Assembly (NCBI GenBank): GCA_035347155.1 | Contig: DAORET010000006.1 | Span: 64,001-105,970 of the forward strand | Direction: 5' to 3' | Length of the DNA stretch: 41,970 nucleotides | DNA from: Leptospiraceae bacterium | GTDB taxonomy: Bacteria > Spirochaetota > Leptospiria > Leptospirales > Leptospiraceae | Part shown: in pieces, positions 36,712 through 41,970 of the stretch | Layout: each line of letters opens with the position of its first letter | Numbering within the stretch: the stretch's first letter is position 1 | The notes under the pieces: generated by a model | What the model was told of the DNA's origin: nothing | Database searches by the model: none | The model's input: only the letters and a program-made list of their open reading frames with translations | Made by a program: the position numbers and the translations under genes

Positions 36712-37231
36712 TATGAGAACTAATACGATTCTTTATAGTAACGTTATTCATCAACTAACTGAGCATTTAGCAAAAATTTCAGACAATGCTTATATTGATC
36801 GACTCACAATGTTTGGAGGCTCTACATTAGGAGAACATGTTCGACATATTTATAATTTTCCAGAATGTCTAATCAATGGAATTAAAAATGGAATTGTGAA
36901 TTATGAAAAAAGATTTAGAAACCCCAAAATAGAAGAGAATAGAGTTTTTGCGATTGAATCTATTTTGGAGCAAGTAAATCTGATTTCTGAACTTGCGGTT
37001 TACCCAGATAAGCCGCTACTCTTAGAAATCGGATTGAAAGGTGATAACCAAATTCAAACAAATTTTGCAAGAGAACTTCATTATATAACAGAGCATACAA
37101 TTCATCATATGGCAATCATTCGAATCGGTATCGAGTATCTTTGTCCAACTTTACAAGTGGAACCTTCTTTTGGTGTAGCATCTTCTACGATAGAGTATAA
37201 AAAGAAATTAACACATAATTTTAGCGAGTGA
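36698..37231 (+). CDS. DinB/YfiT-like metal-dependent four-helix-bundle protein
   Basis: His-containing helix motifs GEHVRH and EHTIHHMAI, and a size of ~170 aa. An alternative start ATG 36713 lies 2 nt after the msrB stop. Confidence 0.5.
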   Translation: MIVSNMRTNTILYSNVIHQLTEHLAKISDNAYIDRLTMFGGSTLGEHVRHIYNFPECLINGIKNGIVNYEKRFRNPKIEENRVFAIESILEQVNLISELAVYPDKPLLLEIGLKGDNQIQTNFARELHYITEHTIHHMAIIRIGIEYLCPTLQVEPSFGVASSTIEYKKKLTHNFSE

Positions 37232-37334
37232 GGGAATGTTTTATATAGTAAATGTTTGTGATTTTAATTTTTTTTACTTTCTACATTTACTATCATATAA
37301 AGAAGTAGATATTGTATATTTTTTCAAATATCGT

Positions 37335-37883
37335 ATGATAGAACAAGATTTACTCAATCAATTGATGCAAGAAGCTCAATTTGGAAATTCCAAATCTTAT
37401 TATACTTTATTAAATAAAATTAAAACCATCCTCGAAAAATATTTATCTAGACGAATCTATTCCCATGAAGATAGAGAGGATGTATTGCAAGATATTTTAA
37501 TCGCAATCCATTATTCTAAACATACCTATCTCCCAAATCGTCCTTTTTATCCTTGGATGTATGCAATAGCAAAAAATGTTTTAAGTAAATACTATAAAAA
37601 AATTCAAAAACTAAAAGATATTAGTTTTGATATGGATATTTTAGAAACACAATCCACTGATCCTATTTTAGAAGAAAGCGATAGTGCAGAGCTAATGAAA
37701 AATATTCATAGTGCAATAGAAGAATTACCTACTAGACAAAGACAAATTTTATACATGATGAAATTTGATAAGATGTCTATTAAAGAAATTGCATTAAAAT
37801 TAAAATTATCGGAAGGGAATGTAAAAGTGATCGCACATCGCAGTTATCAAAGGATTCGAAAGAGACTAAAAAATGAAGACTGA
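37335..37883 (+). CDS. ECF-type sigma-70 family factor
   Basis: Region 2 (DVLQDILIAIHYSKHTY...YPWMYAIAKNVL) and region 4 HTH (ELPTRQRQILYMMKFDKMSIKEIALKLKLSEGNVKVIAHRSYQRIRKRL). The start is chosen at MIEQDL; the ORF-track start at 37236 adds a non-homologous leader. Confidence 0.65.
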   Translation: MIEQDLLNQLMQEAQFGNSKSYYTLLNKIKTILEKYLSRRIYSHEDREDVLQDILIAIHYSKHTYLPNRPFYPWMYAIAKNVLSKYYKKIQKLKDISFDMDILETQSTDPILEESDSAELMKNIHSAIEELPTRQRQILYMMKFDKMSIKEIALKLKLSEGNVKVIAHRSYQRIRKRLKNED

Positions 37884-38502
37884 AAAACTAATTGAAAACC
37901 TTGTAAAAGATTCATCTTCCGTAAAGCCTATTCTCTCTACGCCTATCGTTTTTTTATTTTGGCTTCTCGCCTCTCTTTCTTTTTTAATTCTCTTTGTTTG
38001 GTCTAGATCAAATGAATTAAATACTTTACATTCTCCTGAAAAATCTTATGAAATCATTCCGATTCTAATCAGTATTTTTTTTTCTGGTTATGCTTCGATT
38101 CATTTAAGTATTCCTGGAAATCGTTTAAGGCCAATTTTTTTATCCATTCCCTTTTTTTTGTTTTTGATTTGGTTCTTGTTGATTTATTCAAAATACCTAC
38201 TTAGTCCAGAAAGCCCAAAGTTAGATTTTGAATTTCATGGTTGCATACAGGATTTACTTTGGATGACAATTCCTTCTTTTATTATTTTGTTTTATATTAT
38301 TAACAAGAGAATTCCAATCAATAAAACTTGGATTGGCTATTTACTATTAACCGCATCTAGCTCAATCGGAGCGATTGGAGTTCTACTCCTTTGTCCTGAT
38401 GAAACTTTCTATCATCTTGTAAAGGTTCATTTTTCTCCTATTTTCACCTTGAGTCTCTCTGGTTTTTTAATCGGTAAAATAATTTTAAAACATCCAATTT
38501 AA
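37873..38502 (+). CDS. NrsF-like (DUF1109) membrane anti-sigma factor
   Basis: It overlaps the sigma gene by 11 nt. The N-terminus MKTEKLIENLVKDSSSVKP matches the conserved NrsF start (M-x-T-x-x-LI-x-x-L-x-x-D). Six hydrophobic helices, ~209 aa. Confidence 0.5.
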   Translation: MKTEKLIENLVKDSSSVKPILSTPIVFLFWLLASLSFLILFVWSRSNELNTLHSPEKSYEIIPILISIFFSGYASIHLSIPGNRLRPIFLSIPFFLFLIWFLLIYSKYLLSPESPKLDFEFHGCIQDLLWMTIPSFIILFYIINKRIPINKTWIGYLLLTASSSIGAIGVLLLCPDETFYHLVKVHFSPIFTLSLSGFLIGKIILKHPI

Positions 38503-38660
38503 TTTTTACTGACATCTACTATCCTATTTGCAAAATGATTGCTTGAATCACAAAGACGAAAGCTAGAAAATTTAGGTTCCCTCTTTAGACCGATTGACTT
38601 TTTTTACACTAAAGAAATTGATACATAATAGATCAATATTGTTGAAAGCACTCAGAATAG

Positions 38661-41600
38661 ATGATAGAAAAATTAATAGAACTTTCCATTCGAAATAAGT
38701 ATATAGTTCTTTTATTAACAGCACTCGTATCTTTCATTGGAATCATTAGCGCTGCAAATCTTTCTGTGGATGCAGTTCCAGATGTCACAAACATCCAAGT
38801 ATCAGCTGTTACAGTATCTCCAGGACTCTCTCCAATGGAGGTAGAGCAATTTATCACTAATCCAATCGAATTGTCTCTGATGGGAATTCCTGGAGCAACA
38901 GAAATTCGTTCCATATCTAGAACCGGTGTCAGCAGTGTTACAGTCATCTTTGAGGATAATGTAAATATCTGGTTTGCAAGACAGCTCGTTAGCGAAAGAT
39001 TAAAAGTAGCTGACAAAGAAATTCCCCCTGAATATGGAACGCCTGAATTATCCCCAGTTGCAACTGCACTCGGAGATATCTATGAGTTTGTTCTAAAATC
39101 AGACCGTCATACGCCAATGGAACTTAGAACCTATATCGATTGGGAGTTATCCAAAAAAATAAAATCCATCCCGGGTGTCATTGAAGTAAATTCAATCGGA
39201 GGAGAGGCAAAAGAGTATCAAGTCATCATTGACCCAAGAAATTTAGTGATTCATAATTTAACGTTATCTGAAATATATGAGGATATTAAATCAGCAAATA
39301 CAAATACAGGCGGCGGCTACATCATAAAAGGAAATGAACAAGTAGTAATTAGAGGCGAAGGACAATTCGAGGGAATTGATGAAATCAATCGAATAGCCGT
39401 TAGAACCGCTCAAGATGGAACCCCACTACTCCTCGGTCAAATTGCGGAAGTAAAAATCGGATCTGCTCTAAGATTTGGAATCGCTAGTAAAAATCAAACT
39501 GAAGTGGTTGCGGCTACTGTCATTATGCTACTTGGTCAAAATTCTAGAACCGTTGTCTCAGATGTAAAAAAGAAAATGGATGAAATTCAAAAAACTCTTC
39601 CAGAGGGAATGATAATTGAACCTTTTTATGATAGATCTGAATTTATCAACAGAGCTCTCTCTACAATTTTTATTAATCTAGCAGAAGGAGCAATACTAGT
39701 TTTACTAACCTTGATCGTGACACTTGGAACTTTTAAAGGTGGTGTCTTAGTTGCGATGGCTATTCCGATTTCGATGCTTTGTGCAGTTATTTTTATGAAA
39801 CAACTTGGAGTTGTTGGAAATTTAATGAGTCTAGGCGCACTGGACTTTGGACTCTTAGTTGATGGTTCCATTGTAATGCTAGAGTCCGTAATGGCAGGCT
39901 TTATCGCTAAGAAATCGTTATTCGAAACACCAATGAATCGATTTCAAATTGCAGAAACAACTGAATCAATTATATTAGAAAATTGCAACCGTGTTGGTCG
40001 CGCCGCGGCATTTTCTGTAGCAATTATTATGCTCGTTTATTTACCTCTGATGGTTTTAGAAGGCGTTGAAGGTAGAATGTTTAGACCTATGGCAGTTACG
40101 GTTGCATTAGCACTAGGAGCTGCTCTTCTTTTTTCTATAACTGTTTTTCCGGCAAGTATAGCAGTTATTTTCAAGGAACCAATTTTTCACAAAAGTCATT
40201 ATTGGGAGATTTTGGAAAGGTATTATAAAATTATTTTACACTGGGGATTTAAACATAAAAAAAGAATCATACTCGTCTCTCTTCTTCTCATTTTTCTTTC
40301 TATGTTACTTGCTACAACATTAGGCTCCGAGTTTATTCCTCGTATCGATGAGGGAGAATTCGAAATGGACGTTAAACGCCTTCCTTCTACATCTATTGAA
40401 TATTCTAAGGATCTAAATATTGCAATCGAAAGAATTCTAAGTGAAATTCCAGAAATTAAAAGTGCGGTTTCTCGTGTGGGTAGAGGTGAATCAGCAGCAG
40501 AACCAGCAGGAACAGAAGAAACAAGTATCATGATTAAATTAAAAGACAAAAAAGAATGGAAGAACGCAAAAACTAGAGAAGAACTTATGACTTTAATTAA
40601 AGACAAGGTTCTACAAAATATTCCTTCTAGCTATATAAGCATGTCTCAACCGATTGAAAATCGAATCAACTCCCTCTTGGCAGGCTCCAAGGCTGATGTG
40701 GTTGTCAAAGTTTACGGAGAAGATTTGGAAACGCTCAAAAAGATTGGAGAAGATCTTTCCGGTATAATGAAAGAAATTCCCGGAACAGGAGATATTCGAG
40801 TGCAACGGGTTCTAGGTTTACCAGTTGTGCGAGTAAATACAAACTACGACTTAATGGCTCGATACGGAGTCTCTTCTTCTGAAATATTACGAACTGTAGA
40901 AATGCTTCGTGTAGGAACTAACGCAGGAAAAATTTTTGAGGGACTCAAACGTTTTGATCTTGTTCTAAGACTCGATCTAAATATAATAAAAGATATAAAG
41001 CAAATCAATAATATTCCTGTTATGTCGGTTACAGGTAAAACAATTCCACTCGGACAAGTTGCCGATATAGAACTGATCGAATCCGCAGCATCGATTCAAA
41101 GAGAAGATCTAAAGCGAAGACTTTTTGTAGAAGTAAACATTCGCGGTAGAGATTTAGTAGGCTATATAGAAGAAGCGCAAGAAAAAACGAAAATAATCGC
41201 AAACAATTTGCCTTCCGGTTATGAAATCAAATGGGGTGGTCAATTTGAAAATTTCACAAGAGCAAAAAACAGATTACTTCTAGTTGTTCCTATCGCACTT
41301 GGAATTATTTTTGGAATGCTAATATTAGCCTTTGGTAGTATTTTTTATGCTCTAGGTGTATTCATTGTAGTTCCTTTGGCTACCTCTGGCGGAATCATAA
41401 GTCTTGCTCTTAGAGATTTACCTTTTAGTATTCCGGCAGGCGTTGGATTTATTGCTGTGAGTGGAATCGCAGTGTTAAATGGAGTGGTCTACGCATCCGC
41501 ACTAAAAGACAAATTGAAAGAGGGACTTCCTTTAACAGAAGCGATCTATGCCTCTGCGATCGAATCATTAAGACCAGTGATGACAACGGAAGTGATAGCA

Positions 41601-41840
41601 GCTATCGGTTTTATTCCAATGGCATTGTCCAATATGGCAGGAGCCGAAGTCCAAAGACCACTTGCAACTGTTGTGATTGGTGGAGTGATCACAGCTACTG
41701 CACTTTCTAGATTGCTTCTTCCTATTACGATGGAATATCTATTATCTAAATCAATTAAAATTGAAGAAAAGAAAAATAAAGAAATCGCAGAAACAAAATC
41801 GCATCTGATTGCACTTGCTTACGAAGAAGAAGTAGATTAA
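38661..41840 (+). CDS. RND efflux permease, heavy-metal-efflux (CzcA/CusA-like) family
   Basis: 1059 aa with 12 TM helices and two large periplasmic loops. The N-terminus [28 protein letters not shown] and overall AcrB/CzcA-like layout support the call. No adaptor or outer-membrane-factor gene is upstream of it. Confidence 0.8.
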   Translation: MIEKLIELSIRNKYIVLLLTALVSFIGIISAANLSVDAVPDVTNIQVSAVTVSPGLSPMEVEQFITNPIELSLMGIPGATEIRSISRTGVSSVTVIFEDNVNIWFARQLVSERLKVADKEIPPEYGTPELSPVATALGDIYEFVLKSDRHTPMELRTYIDWELSKKIKSIPGVIEVNSIGGEAKEYQVIIDPRNLVIHNLTLSEIYEDIKSANTNTGGGYIIKGNEQVVIRGEGQFEGIDEINRIAVRTAQDGTPLLLGQIAEVKIGSALRFGIASKNQTEVVAATVIMLLGQNSRTVVSDVKKKMDEIQKTLPEGMIIEPFYDRSEFINRALSTIFINLAEGAILVLLTLIVTLGTFKGGVLVAMAIPISMLCAVIFMKQLGVVGNLMSLGALDFGLLVDGSIVMLESVMAGFIAKKSLFETPMNRFQIAETTESIILENCNRVGRAAAFSVAIIMLVYLPLMVLEGVEGRMFRPMAVTVALALGAALLFSITVFPASIAVIFKEPIFHKSHYWEILERYYKIILHWGFKHKKRIILVSLLLIFLSMLLATTLGSEFIPRIDEGEFEMDVKRLPSTSIEYSKDLNIAIERILSEIPEIKSAVSRVGRGESAAEPAGTEETSIMIKLKDKKEWKNAKTREELMTLIKDKVLQNIPSSYISMSQPIENRINSLLAGSKADVVVKVYGEDLETLKKIGEDLSGIMKEIPGTGDIRVQRVLGLPVVRVNTNYDLMARYGVSSSEILRTVEMLRVGTNAGKIFEGLKRFDLVLRLDLNIIKDIKQINNIPVMSVTGKTIPLGQVADIELIESAASIQREDLKRRLFVEVNIRGRDLVGYIEEAQEKTKIIANNLPSGYEIKWGGQFENFTRAKNRLLLVVPIALGIIFGMLILAFGSIFYALGVFIVVPLATSGGIISLALRDLPFSIPAGVGFIAVSGIAVLNGVVYASALKDKLKEGLPLTEAIYASAIESLRPVMTTEVIAAIGFIPMALSNMAGAEVQRPLATVVIGGVITATALSRLLLPITMEYLLSKSIKIEEKKNKEIAETKSHLIALAYEEEVD

Positions 41841-41867
41841 TCTCAATTCGATTTAAGAATTTTTAAC

Positions 41868-41970
41868 CACGAAGCACACATGCGAAGGCGCTGGTCGGGA
41901 ATACTTGGAGCGAAGGGTGGAATAAGCACGGAGGATTTTACTTTTTACTTCTAACCTAACTTCGTGTTCC
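41868..41970 (+). other. GC-rich structured-looking segment at window edge (possible 5' leader/riboswitch or small RNA; truncated)
   Basis: A long-range inverted repeat cacgaag (41869-41875) pairs with cttcgtg (~41960-41966), enclosing ~85 nt that is far more GC-rich than surrounding intergenic DNA. No ORF. Confidence 0.2.

Noticed and set aside
1-41970. Searched for CRISPR arrays, IS elements, integrases, phage genes and rRNA
   Set aside because: No direct-repeat/spacer periodicity, no transposase or integrase motifs, and no rRNA-like conserved blocks were seen. The window appears to be native chromosomal accessory and regulatory content rather than a mobile element.

Overview
This is an AT-rich chromosomal segment (about one third G+C, my estimate) with dense protein coding on both strands. 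By inference it looks spirochaete/Leptospira-like: loose lipoboxes, many class III nucleotidyl cyclases, ankyrin-repeat proteins and weak Shine-Dalgarno use. I found no integrase, transposase, CRISPR array or rRNA. The main items, in order: (1) a C-N hydrolase operon and a divergent GT-C/GT4 glycosyltransferase pair; (2) a minus-strand operon of serine O-acetyltransferase, two tandem paralogous ~480-aa shell-like proteins each with an embedded cNMP-binding domain, and a SufS-type cysteine desulfurase with a ~170-aa low-complexity N-terminal extension, which matches the published Family 2B encapsulin architecture with desulfurase cargo; (3) two ankyrin proteins, a four-gene minus-strand operon of exported proteins or lipoproteins, and a NarL/LuxR response regulator with a 7TMR-DISM/HisKA_3 kinase; (4) an ~850-bp non-coding gap holding a tRNA-Asn(GUU)-like sequence whose 3' half (T-arm plus 3' acceptor strand) lies 4 nt upstream of its 5' half (acceptor, D-arm, anticodon arm), i.e. 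a circularly permuted tRNA arrangement; (5) a seven-gene plus-strand cluster of an SPFH protein with an N-terminal repeat module, a FIST-adenylate cyclase, a secreted EEP-family nuclease/phosphatase, a flotillin-like SPFH protein, a TonB-dependent receptor and a lipoprotein consisting only of a 5'-nucleotidase C-terminal domain, the last two each interrupted by a frameshift inside an A7 homopolymer; (6) a membrane adenylate cyclase with an alpha/beta hydrolase, then DoxX, MsrB, DinB-like, an ECF sigma with an NrsF-like anti-sigma, and an HME-type RND permease. All product calls come from motifs read by eye; no database search was run.
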